The translations under genes were made by a program, and so were the position numbers. A DNA stretch of 64,000 nucleotides from Octopus vulgaris (taxonomy: Eukaryota). Shown here piece after piece: positions 1 to 64,000 of this stretch; positions within the stretch are counted from its first letter, which is position 1; every line of letters begins with the position of its first letter. The stretch covers positions 71,486,001 through 71,550,000 of the forward strand of contig OX597823.1 of NCBI GenBank assembly GCA_951406725.2, given 5' to 3'. The notes under the pieces are model-generated. The model searched no databases. It saw only the letters and a program-made list of their open reading frames with translations, and was not told where the DNA came from.

Positions 1-546
1 ATGTGTCAATCATTTTGGTTAAGTTGCTAATAATTGCCTGACCTAATACATATAAATAGAAATTTTCTTATATCAGGATATGAAAATTAACAAGAAAAAA
101 AAATCATAAATATACGACAGGTTGTACAGTAACTACTGTGCTTCTATGAAGCTATTTGGTTTATCAAAGTGATAGATTGTAGTCTTGTTTTTACATTTCT
201 GATTTATTAGCAATAAAAACCCCTATAAAGATTTATCAGCAAGAACGTGGCAAGTATTTGCTGAAGATAGATTTTGTTCAATATTGGGCTGGTTATGTAT
301 GGTGGATCAATATATCTTGCATTAACAGACATCACTTGTAAGTGATCATTTGAAGACAAATCATTCTTAATTGCTCCCAAATTAAAAGTTTATCACTAAC
401 AGCTAATTTATTCCTCCTATGCCGAATTTATTTCTGGTGTCTTTAGAAATAATCAGTTTTGCTTCTAGTTATTTTGTAACATGATAAAAAGTATTCTTTT
501 ACGTTAGATGATAAAGTTATTGTTTTTCCTCTGATAAGTATATAAA

Positions 547-894
547 CAGGGCCAGATTAAGACCCATAGAGGATCTAAGCATAAAATAAATTTTTATTTT
601 TCAAAATAAAACAAAACGAACAAGATGGTAAATAATATTTATTTTTGCATACTTCATCTTTATTTACATTTGAAAAGTTTTCTCCTACTTTTTTGTCTTT
701 CATTAGATCCTCACTATGACACCAGGAACACTTCAAAATTACATTTCCAATCATATAAACCACTTTGAATAATAATTTAGCAAATTTTAAGTGATTTCTT
801 TTTCACTGTAAACCATTTACCATTTCTGTGGTGCCCCACTTCCTTTGATGCTTTAACCATGTGTTTATTTTGCTGAATGCTTAATCCAGCACTG
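547..894. mobile_element. hAT-like MITE (old)
   Basis: Imperfect TIRs CAGGGCCAGATTAAG / CTTAATCCAGCACTG; degenerate 8-bp flanks tatataaa / tatgtata. Confidence 0.5.
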
Positions 895-926
895 TATGTA
901 TATTAACATTCTAAGAAATATCCTTA

Positions 927-1093
927 TTCTTTTATTCGTTTATGCCATTAGATTGTGGCCATGCTGGGGCACCACCTTGAAGAATTTTAGTAAAATGAAT
1001 CGACTTCAGTACTTATTTTTTGTTAGCCAAGTACTTATTCTATCTGTCTCATTTGTCAAACTACTAAGTTATAGGGATGTAAACACACACATA

Positions 1094-1138
<45 letters not shown>

Positions 1139-1329
1139 ACATACACACACACACACACATACGTATGGTGAGATTCTTTCAGTTCTTGTCTACCAAATCC
1201 ACTCACAAGGCTTTGGTTGGCCTAAGGCTATAGTAGAAGGCACTTGCCCAATGTGCCACACAATGGGACTGAACCCAGAACCATGTGGTTGGGAAGTAAG
1301 CTTCTTACCATGCAGCCACTCCTGTGCCT
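927..1329 (-). mobile_element. tRNA-derived SINE family A (CORE-like, internal CA microsatellite)
   Basis: Reverse complement of the copy at 2524-2928; tRNA-like A/B-box head and CCTTGGGCAAGTG CORE-like block. Confidence 0.85.
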
Positions 1330-1407
1330 ATAGTTATACTTAGTTAAAACAACAGCCTATACAGTTTTGTGAGAGTTAGTGAATATTTAATTGAAAAGTG
1401 TATATAT

Positions 1408-1640
1408 CTTATTTCTTTATTGCCCACAAGGGGTTAAACATAGAGGGGACAAACAAAGACAGACAAAGGGATTAAGTCGATTACATTGACCCCAGTGTGT
1501 AACTGGTACTTAATTTATCGACCCGAAAAGGATGAAAGGCAAAGTCGACCTTGCCGGAATTTGAACTCAGAACATAATGGCAGATGAAATACCGCTAAGC
1601 ATTTTGCCCTGCGTGCTACCATTTCTGCCAGCTCACCGCC
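1408..1640 (-). mobile_element. SINE family B
   Basis: Same sequence family as 22668, 59264 and 60871; 15-bp TSD TGAAAAGTGTATATA (1392-1406 / 1641-1655). Confidence 0.88.
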
Positions 1641-2523
1641 TGAAAAGTGTATATAATATCTTATTAGTAGAAACAACTTGAAAGGGTGCAGGTTGAACAG
1701 TTTTCCCAGCAGAAAGCCAATACCAGATGATAGCAGATGAAATTCAGCTGGTTATAAGAATTGTGGTAAGAGTTTATAGCAAACTGAACATTATAGTCTC
1801 CTCATCTCTTCAACCTAACCAATGCTAAATACTGTAAAAATGTCAAAATATAAATAACGTTAACTCTCTTGGATAAGTCTTCCACTTTTTTTTCAAATAT
1901 TTGTAAACTCCTAACCCGGAATCTTCATATCACCTCATGAAAATATACAAACACATTATGTTCCTCTTTGTGTGACAAATTTCTCCTTATCTATATATTT
2001 TTATTGTCTATCTTTGCTATCCAGTACGTATAGTTAATTTGGACCAAAGTTTCTCTTCCAAAATACATCTGATGCCTCTGTAACTTTCCTAATGCCTGCA
2101 ACCACCAATAATCTTTTACCTTTATCTTTTCTTACATCAAGGAAATGTCATCTTTCTCAGAAAACGTCATACTCAATGGCTTCATTGTTCACAAGTTTTC
2201 TTGTCATTGATACATATCCCATATTGACGCTGCTAGTACAGAAAGTCTATTATCTTTAAATCTTTACAACATTTAAAATCTTCCCCTACTTGTATCCTTA
2301 ATCAATATATGGCCACTCCAATCCACTACTGCCACTTTTCTTATTAGACTCTCTGACTACCACCTACTCATGATTGCCACCTCCACATCCACATTCTATT
2401 CTACACTCTTACCTTGAAGTTTACTGCACTTCATATCAGTTGATTTCTCTGGGTTCTGTCAGTTTCTTATCTCCTGACCCATCAGAGACAGCCAAGCAGA
2501 TGACTGAAACCTTTATCTTAATC

Positions 2524-2928
2524 AGGCGCAGGAGGGGCTGTGTGGTAAATAGCTTGCTTACCAACCACATAGTCCCGGGTTCAGTTCCACTGCGTGGCAC
2601 TTGGGCAAGTGTCTTCTACTATAGCCTCAGGCCGACCAAAGCCTTGTGAGTAGATTTGGTAGATGGAAACAGAAAGAAGCCCGTCGTATATATGTATATG
2701 TGCGTGTGTGTGTGTGTGTGTTTGTGTGTCTGTGTTTGTCCCCCAACATCACTTGACAACCAATGCTGGTGTGTTTATGTTCATGTAACTTAGCCGTTTG
2801 GCAAAAGAGACCGAAAGAATAAGTACTAGGCTTACAAAGAATAAGTCCTGAGGTCGATTTGCTTGACTAAAGGAGGTGCTCCAGCATAGCCACAGTCAAA
2901 TGACTGAAACAAGTAAAAGAGCAAGAGT
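2524..2928 (+). mobile_element. SINE family A, full length
   Basis: AGGCGCAGGAGGGGCTGTGTGGTAA head, GGTTCAGTTCC B-box, internal (TG)n, tail ...GAAACAAGTAAAAGAG. Confidence 0.88.
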
Positions 2929-4671
2929 ATATCCACAGACCCCAGGTGGCTTAACATAGTTGCTTTGCAGCAGTAAAGGCTAAGAACCATTGCGCCTGAA
3001 ACACAAATTTGCCTTCAAGCATCACACAGCCTTCAAGATCTCCCACCTTTCAAACAGCAGCTGAACCTTCTGACTCTTTGCTAAAAAAGATCTCTTCCAG
3101 TATTTCTGACATTCATGATGGCTCATTAATCAATGCTCTTGTAGAGGAAGCTCCTACAAATGCAACCTGTTTTGCATCCAACTTCATACTGTATATACAG
3201 GGCAAATTTCCAAAACTCTCCCCACTCCATTAGGTTTTCCACCACATACATACGCACACACTAAGGGCAAAAACATCTACAGTTTTTTCAAACTGGTCCC
3301 AAAATGTCTCATTATTCTTCATGTGATCCATTGCCAAAAGTGTCTCATTGCCCTTCATGTGATCCATTGTTCTTTCTATATATGTATGGAAAAATTCTAC
3401 AGTGTACCATATTCTCAAGAAAGGCATTTACTCTGACCCCATTTGACCTCACTAATTCTGGAGGATTGGCAAAGGCCAACAGTGCAGCCCCTCTCCGTAG
3501 ATCAAACCATTAGATGAATGTTTCTTATTGGCTGGTATTTTATGAGAAAGTAATATTTGGTGGAAGGAAACTTTAAGCTTATAAGTTTACTATTTTGTCA
3601 GGCTCATTGTGTATTTGTTGAATTTTTGATAATTTTCATTATCATCATTTAATGTCCATATTCCATGTTGGCATAGTTTGGACTGCTAAATTGGGTTAGG
3701 TATCCTCGTATGGGTTCTTTCAAAACAAAGTCAGCTCTGTTTTGTAAAAGTTGACATCTGTTTTTGGTAATAATAATAAAAGAAAACTTACTGTGTTTTA
3801 TTTTGTTTAATTAGTTTCATATCTAGATTTTCACATTTTTGTATTTTTATTGGTTAGTCATGGGAGGAAGTGGGTGCACATGGTTTTTCAAAGCCTCTCA
3901 GACTTTTGAATTTGATGTGGCTTATGTTTAGTTTGAATATGTGAAGGTCAAGGTAAAAAAATTTCATCTTTGTGCATCAAGAAATATACATTTGATAATT
4001 GCTTATTCCTTCATTAATTAGTCTTTCAGCTGTATTTACTAAAGGCATAAGTTTTCAGCTTATGATTTTCCTAAATTAGAAGTACCTAGATTATTATTTT
4101 ACCTTTTCTAAAAGCTCTTCAAATTTTTAGAAAAATTTTTACCTCTCACAATATATTCAAACACATAATTTTCTCAGTTAGAGGCATTCAATGAAACAAG
4201 GAAAACAAAATAATTTTCTTTAACATTTCAATGATTAAATTTATAACTTCAATTTAACACTATGCTAATGTCTATTTCTGGAGGTTTGGGGGACCAAAGT
4301 CAAAGAGTTTTTAGTTCTTTTATTTTTTCCTTTAAAAATCTAGCATTTCTTTAATGTAATCTGTCAACAAAATAACTTTAAAATAATAGATTATTAACCT
4401 TAACTTGTATGAATAATTGCAAGCTTGACATGGTGCTTCCTAAAACAAAATGTTTTTGCAACTGAATTCCTTTCTTACTGTTGCACAACATGTATAAAAT
4501 GGAAAAATTATTTTATTAATCAGACAAACTGTAGAAACCACATTTCCATTTATATTCTCTTGGGTACAACACAATAACTGTAGTAAATATGTTTGCATCG
4601 CATGATCTTAATCTCCCTGTTTCCTAGTTTATTTTTGTTGTCATTTAGATTGTAATATTATTTAATTTCAG

Positions 4672-57446
<52,775 letters not shown>

Positions 57447-57793
57447 GTAAATTTAACTGTCATATTGTATTTCTGATTGAAAATACATTACATGTATACT
57501 TAGGTTGATTCTGCATTTTTTAGGTCATTGACTTTAAGGTTAACTATAATTTATTCTTACCTGGTAATATCATAAGTTTAGTGATAATCATTAATGTTTG
57601 CTTCTAAACCTTTGGCATATTTTTTGGATTACCTTCTAAATGATTACAGTCATAATGAAGTATTTAAAACTGGCAATAATTTTCTTTAGTTAACTGTGGG
57701 AAGTAATCTTCTGTTGAAGGATACATTAGAAGAAATAATCACTATTCATGACAAAATATCAGTAAGTGATTACATTTTTATTTTTTGGACACT

Positions 57794-58258
57794 GTTTGTG
57801 AAGACCTGTTGAGGCAAGTGAAATCGGAATCGAAATCAAATTCGATGACTAGCATCCGTGCTAGTGGAGAACTAAGAGCACCATCCGAGTGTGATCATTG
57901 CCAGAGCAGCTAACTGGCGTTCATGCTGGTGGCGCATAAAAAGTACCATTCCGGCGTGATCGTTACCAGCGTTGCCTTGCTGGCACTTGTCCCTGTGTGC
58001 AGGTGACACTTAAAAAAAAACATGATTTTCCATGACTGCTGCCAGTACCGCCTGACTGGCCATCGTGCATGTGGCACGTAAAAGCACCCACTACACTCTC
58101 GGAATGGTTGGCGTTAGGAAGGGCATCCAGTTGTAGAAACTCTGCCAAATCAAGATTGGAGCCTGGTGCAGCCATCTTGTTCACCTGTCCTCAGTCAAAT
58201 CGTTCAACCCATGCTAGCATGAAAAGTGGACGTTAAACAGTGATGATGATGATGATGA
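57794..58258 (+). mobile_element. RTE 3' UTR fragment with (GAT)n tail
   Basis: Homologous to 30380-30822. Confidence 0.8.
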
Positions 58259-58542
58259 CGAAAAACAACATACTGACCATGGTTGAGAGTACTTTTGTGA
58301 TGTTATCAGAAAGTCAGTGTGATCTCAAAACATATTAAAGATAACCCTCCATTTCAGAACCTATGCAGACTAAGAATAACAACATTTATGATAATCTTAT
58401 ATTTCAAGTATTTCTAATTTGTCAGCGTATTTAATGCCTTAGTTTCAGTAATTTACTAGCCATAATATTTACAAAACAAAATACATGTACTTAATTGTGA
58501 CATATATCATTGACTTATGCAGAAGAAAGTGTATTTTGGTTT

Positions 58543-58935
58543 ACTCTCTTTTACTTGTTTCAGTCATTTGACTGTGGCCGTGCTGGAGCACCACCTTTAG
58601 TCGAGCAAATCGACCCCACGACTTATTCTTTGTAAGCCTAGTACTTATTCTATGGGTTTCTTTTGCCGAACCGCTAAGTTATGGGGATGTAAACACACCA
58701 ACATCAGTTGTCAAGCGATGTTGAGGGGACAAACATAGATACACAAACACACACACACACACACATATACATATATACGATGGGCTTCTTTCAGTTTCCC
58801 TCTACCAAATCCATTCACAAGGCTTTGGTCAGCCTGTGGACGTAGTAGAAGTCACTTGCCCAAGGTGCCATGCAGTGGGACTGAACCCAGAACCATGTGG
58901 TTTGTAAGCAAGCTACTTACCACACAGCCACTCCT
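58543..58935 (-). mobile_element. SINE family A
   Basis: Reverse complement of 34208-34600. Confidence 0.88.
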
Positions 58936-59115
58936 AACTCATTGGTCTTAGAACTTGCTTTTTTAGTAGATCATATTATCTAAAAGTTAAAGAATGCTTG
59001 TGGGTGGAATGGTGTATGTGTACATATGTGTGTGTATTGTGGGGGGAGAGAGAACATTTCCTCCACTCATAGATTCAAACACACTTCCAATGAAATATTT
59101 GTTAGCAGTCCTTAA

Positions 59116-59582
59116 CCCTTTAGCATTCAGATTATACTGTCAAATATAATGCTTATTTATTCACATTATTTTGTATTAGTCATGCATTCTCTTGTAGCAT
59201 TTAGGTTTCGATGATGCAATTAATGCTTAGAATGACAAATGTTGGGTAGGTGTGAGAGGCCAGAAAGGCGGCAAGCTGGCAGAAACGTTAACACACCGGG
59301 TGAAATGCTTAGCAGTATTTCGTCTGCCTCTATGTTCTGAGTTCAAATTCCGTTGAGGTTGACTTTGCCTTTCATCCTTTCGTGGTCGATAAATTAAGTA
59401 CCAGTTATGCACTGGGGTCGATATAATCGACTTAATTCGTTTGTCTGTTCTTATTTGTCCTCTCTGTGTTTAGCCCCTTGTGGGTAGTAAAGAAATAGGT
59501 GTGAGAGGCCAGACCTGACCAGCTTGAACATAAAACAAGTAGAATATTTGGGCTGGATATGGCTGGATTAAATGCTAAAGGG
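59116..59582. mobile_element. piggyBac-type MITE carrying a SINE B insertion (59264-59495)
   Basis: TTAA flanks, TIR CCCTTTAGCATT / AATGCTAAAGGG; SINE TSD TAGGTGTGAGAGGCCAGA. Confidence 0.88.
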
Positions 59583-60868
59583 TTAATCACTATATCCAGT
59601 TCATAATGTCCCTGAAGCTTTTTCTCTGGTTCACAGTTTCCCCCAAAAAGGGAGATTCCATTTTGTGTTTTCAAGAATAAAGAACAAAATTTAAGAATTT
59701 CTTTAGCTTTTCTTTTTATTTCTGTAAAGGAAATCAAGATGGTTGTACACTATTAACAATGCTTTGTTATATAAAGCTCCGTCTCTCTCGAAAGTTATAT
59801 CATATTGTTGACAGATTACAGTTTGTTAATTTAATTTTTATTTATTTTGTTTTGTATTTGTTTTTCAGTTGTTTTTTTTTTAAATAAAAGGAAGGTATAA
59901 TTCTTAGATTTCTAGTTATCTTGTATCTATATTTATATCTTCTAACAAATAAGTAATAAAATATCTATAAGAACCAATTTTCCGATTGTGCTATTAAATG
60001 TCACATTGCTTATGTTTCATACATTCAGTATTATTTATGAACATCATAAACTGTCATTTAAGTTCCCGACCACAAACTGTTATAAAATATATCTAACTCT
60101 GTGTTGAAAACAACACAAGATTAAATTACGAGGATTAAATGCATATTAAGTTTGAAATATGTCCAGTTAATGCAAGAATATTTTGCAAGTGATTAAAAAT
60201 TTTTTCTTTCTTTATATTCTCATTCACATAAATTGTTATGTTGCTAAAAGCATTTTACATTATGGTGGACTTTTAATCATTTTCTGCAAATCCATATGGT
60301 AATGTAATTTGTGTGAATATTTGTAAAAATTTTATTAAATCTTTTTGTCAACCATAGCATACTAGCTACACATGTGCATAGCATAATGCTTGTATTTGCA
60401 CAGGAAATCTTTGTGTGGAATAGTGACAGTTCTTTCTTAAACTATTAGAATAAACTTGTGTTATCAGTTATAGATATCGACAATGAAGCATTTTTGTGGC
60501 TATTGTTTCGACCTCCGCTTACATAATTTGTTATTCATATAGCAAGAGAAGCCATTTATTGTCAACTGTGACAACCATTATCTAAAACTCTCCTGCCTAT
60601 TTCCAACCCTAAACAGTAATATAACAAAATTGATTTATTACTTCTAGTCACCCATATAATCACATGGCTCTATACTCTTTAGTTGATGGCTTTTACATTC
60701 TGTTAGCAATTCCAGTTCATCTCCCTCATATAAATTACACATGAATCTGCCAAAAGTTTATCCCTCTTGTACAACAGCTATTGCCCCCATTGCCAAATGT
60801 TATCTTTCATATCCTTCTTGAACGCAGAGCCATCTAGCCCCTTTTGTTGATGATTATAATTTTTATCA

Positions 60869-61258
60869 TGAAGGTGGCGAAATGCGTAACCATATTTCGT
60901 CTGCCGCTACATTCTGAGTTCAAATTCCGCCGAGGTCGATGTTGTCTTTCATCTTTTCGGGGTCGATAAATTAAGTACGAGTTACGCACTGGGGTCTATG
61001 TAATCGACTTAATCTATTTGTCTGTCCTTGTTTGTCCCCTCTGTGTTTAGCCCCTTGTGGGTAGTAAAGAAATAGGTATTTCGTCTGCCACTACGTTCTG
61101 AGTTCAATTTCCGCCGAGGTCGACTTTGCTTTTCATCCTTTCAGGGTTGATAAACTAAGTACCAGTTACACACTGGGGTCGATGTAATCGACTTAATCTG
61201 TCTTTCTGTCCTTGTTTGTCCTCTCTGTGTATAGCCCCTTGTGGGCAATAAAGAAATA
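60869..61258 (+). mobile_element. SINE family B, tandem dimer
   Basis: Two head-to-tail units within one TSD TATAATTTTTATCA (60855-68 / 61259-72). Confidence 0.85.
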
Positions 61259-61471
61259 TATAATTTTTATCACCAGTAATGAGAGCACATCATTAATATC
61301 TGGTCTTAAACTCTTGGGTGATTGACTCAAAAAGTAGACTAAGGAAAAAGGCTAAGGCTATAATAAACTTTCCATTGGACTCACTACCAGTGTTAACTTT
61401 AATTTCAACACCAACAGCTTTCCTATGGTATTATATACTATTTTGGTTTTGTTTTTATTTATTTATTCTTT

Positions 61472-61746
61472 TATTCTTTTACTTGTTTGTCATTGACAGT
61501 GGCCATGCTGGAGCACCACCTTGAAGGGGTTTCTTAGTTGAACAAATTGACCCCAGGACTTATTTGTTTTTAAAGCTTAGTACTTATCTGTGGGTCTCTT
61601 GGGTCTCTTTTGCCAAAGTGCTAAGTTATGGGGAAGTAAACACACCAACTCTGGTTGTCTGGCAGTGATGGGGGGGGGAGGAGACAAACACAGACACAGA
61701 CACACATAGCTATATCCATGTGTATATACATATATGTGTGTGTGTG

Positions 61747-61796
<50 letters not shown>

Positions 61797-61955
61797 TATG
61801 ACAGGCTTCTTTCAGTTTCTGCCAAACAAATCTACTCACACAAGGCTTTGATTGGCCTGAGGTTATAGCAAAAGACAATTGCCAAGGTACAACACAGTAG
61901 GATTGAACATAGAACCATGTTGTTGGGAAGCAAGCTTATTACCTCGCAGCCACAT
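61472..61955 (-). mobile_element. SINE family A
   Basis: Reverse-complement homology to 2524-2928. Confidence 0.82.
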
Positions 61956-64000
61956 GTATGCAAGGCTGTGTGGTAATAATTGGTAGTTTACAGTGGTTTT
62001 TCTTATTTCAATACCAATAATTGTAAAAGCTTTCATTGAAAGTTAACTACAAACTTCTGAAAAAAAATGTTCTCTTCCAAATAACTGTAACGATAACATT
62101 TTTACTGCTTATTTGTTATACTAAATAGCTGAAAATCTGTAAAATATATTGGTCACACCTTTTGGCAAAAGATGTAGTTTTTAATATTTATATTATCCTG
62201 CAGAGCTGATAAGCTCTTATTTCAAAGCTGACTTTTTATTGAAGGAGAAGTAAATAAATATTCACCTTTTTACGACTTTGGTTACGTTCATAGAGTGGAC
62301 AAATAAAACTGTGCCTCTTGCTTGTTGTATTTTAACAGACATTTGCCAATATATTATGTAACATTTTATTGATGTTTGGTCACTTAATGTCACATTTAAT
62401 GCTTCATAAATCTAATTGATGATCTTACTTCCTTTTAACTTAGTGTTAACACCGAAAATTGTGAGACGTATTACTTTGTAAGAAAAGACAGCTGACAGAA
62501 GTATTTACATATATGTTAAGTTATTTTAATTATAATAACAAACCCACAAGTACACATAATTTTAAATGCACTTATTTGATTAGTGATAATTGTATTTATC
62601 TACAATGTGTCAATTCTAATTTTAATAGAATTTATTTTATACTGTTGGTGTAAAATGTCATATCTTAGATTTATATTATATCATTTTTGTATATTGTTTT
62701 CTTTGCTTTATTGTATTTTATTGTAGTATTGATTTACTAATGATATCATAATATAATGAATGTAATAAGTATATATGTATAGCAGAAATATATTTAATTA
62801 AATTTAGTATTAGGCTTTAAATAAATTTTTTGTGTATGTCACAGTTGAGCAAATCATTGGAATTCTGGTTTATTTAGTTCTTGCGGATTGCATCAGAAAT
62901 ATTGTTTGATATACCTGGCAAGGATATTTAACTTTTAATAACATAGTTCATCAAACTTTAAGTAATTTAGGTGTTGTTTTGAAAAGTGGTTTTGTTATAT
63001 CGTGTTCAAAGGTTTTGAGAAATGATGGGAAATTATTCATTCAGTAATATCTCAACCCTTCAAAATAGATTTTTTATTTATACATTGTGTGTGTGTGTGT
63101 GTGTGTGTGTGTGCATATACACAATCTAAAACTATATATGTACATATTTTGAAGTGTTATCCACTGTAAAGAGGAAGGGAGAGGAATAAGGATTGGGAAT
63201 ATATATAATGAGAAATGAATTTAATAGGTTATTTATCAGAGAATACTATCAAAAATAAATCTTTGTAAATTATTATTACTTACCACTGAATAATAAAATG
63301 CATTAGACTGTTTTTATTAAAAGTGTTCAAGTGAAGACAAATAGTTACTTATTGAGAACTTAAGCATTAGAAGATTAATAAGAGATCAATGAATAAGAAG
63401 AAAAATGAGGTAACAAAATTAAAAGTGCTTACATTTAGTTACATATATTTCTTATACTGTGCTTATAATCCTCGTGCACACTAGTGCACTCTTGGAATAC
63501 TTCACATTATAACCTTTTAATTAACTATAGTGACATTGTCACAGAACCAGGCCGTTTTGCTGATCTATTAGAGTAAATATATCTTTATATAGATAGGTAT
63601 CGTGTAGTGACAACTAGAAATTTTATATAACAGTGAGCTCTCTTAACTTCTGTCTCTTCTTTCTACCACTTGTGAGTTGTTTTCTTTAATCATAAGTATA
63701 GCTAAATATCATGGATGATGTCATATTATCTATCATTAATTAGGTGTTAATTATTCTATCACATATCATGACTGCTTCAATTACTCCTACTCATTTTTTC
63801 TGCTGAAATTACACTTACTAATTGCATTAAAAAATTAGACCCCTGTGTACTAGCATGTAAGAAATCTGGCTGAAAAGCACTTCTCATTTCTTGCATTCGA
63901 CTCATACCCACTTACCTTCACTTTTGTATTTCAATTATCTCAGTTATCTCATTATATTTAACTTTCACTGACAATGACAAAACTACTACTGTTCCCAACG

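Noticed and set aside
57447-64000. Further dynein exon or the gene's 3' end
   Set aside because: The expected NPGYAGRQELPENLK peptide was not found; the region reads as AT-rich intron with TEs.

Overview
AT-rich, microsatellite- and SINE-dense animal genomic DNA; the repeat families look cephalopod (Octopus-like), which is an inference. The window lies inside one + strand gene, an axonemal outer-arm dynein heavy chain (DNAH5/DNAH8 type). Twelve internal GT-AG exons (4672-57446; 2194 coding nt, about 731 codons) splice in frame and cover the linker region and AAA1 (Walker A GPAGTGKT, Walker B CFDEFNR). The gene start and end are outside the window. The introns hold decayed mariner elements, hAT/piggyBac/Tc1 MITEs, RTE, CR1, Tx1-like and R2/HERO-like LINE remnants, Penelope-like remnants and several tRNA-derived SINE families. 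The most striking unexplained signal is a set of five or six apparently unrelated short repeat families carrying minimal type-I hammerhead-ribozyme-like folds. Their cores show different pairings at positions 3:8 (C3:G8, G3:C8, U3:A8) plus an A6U variant, and several sit in fold-back inverted arrangements. Also seen: fold-back palindromes, a three-layer nested insertion, and inverted repeats bracketing in-frame exon blocks. All coordinates were read by eye; no searches or folding programs were run.
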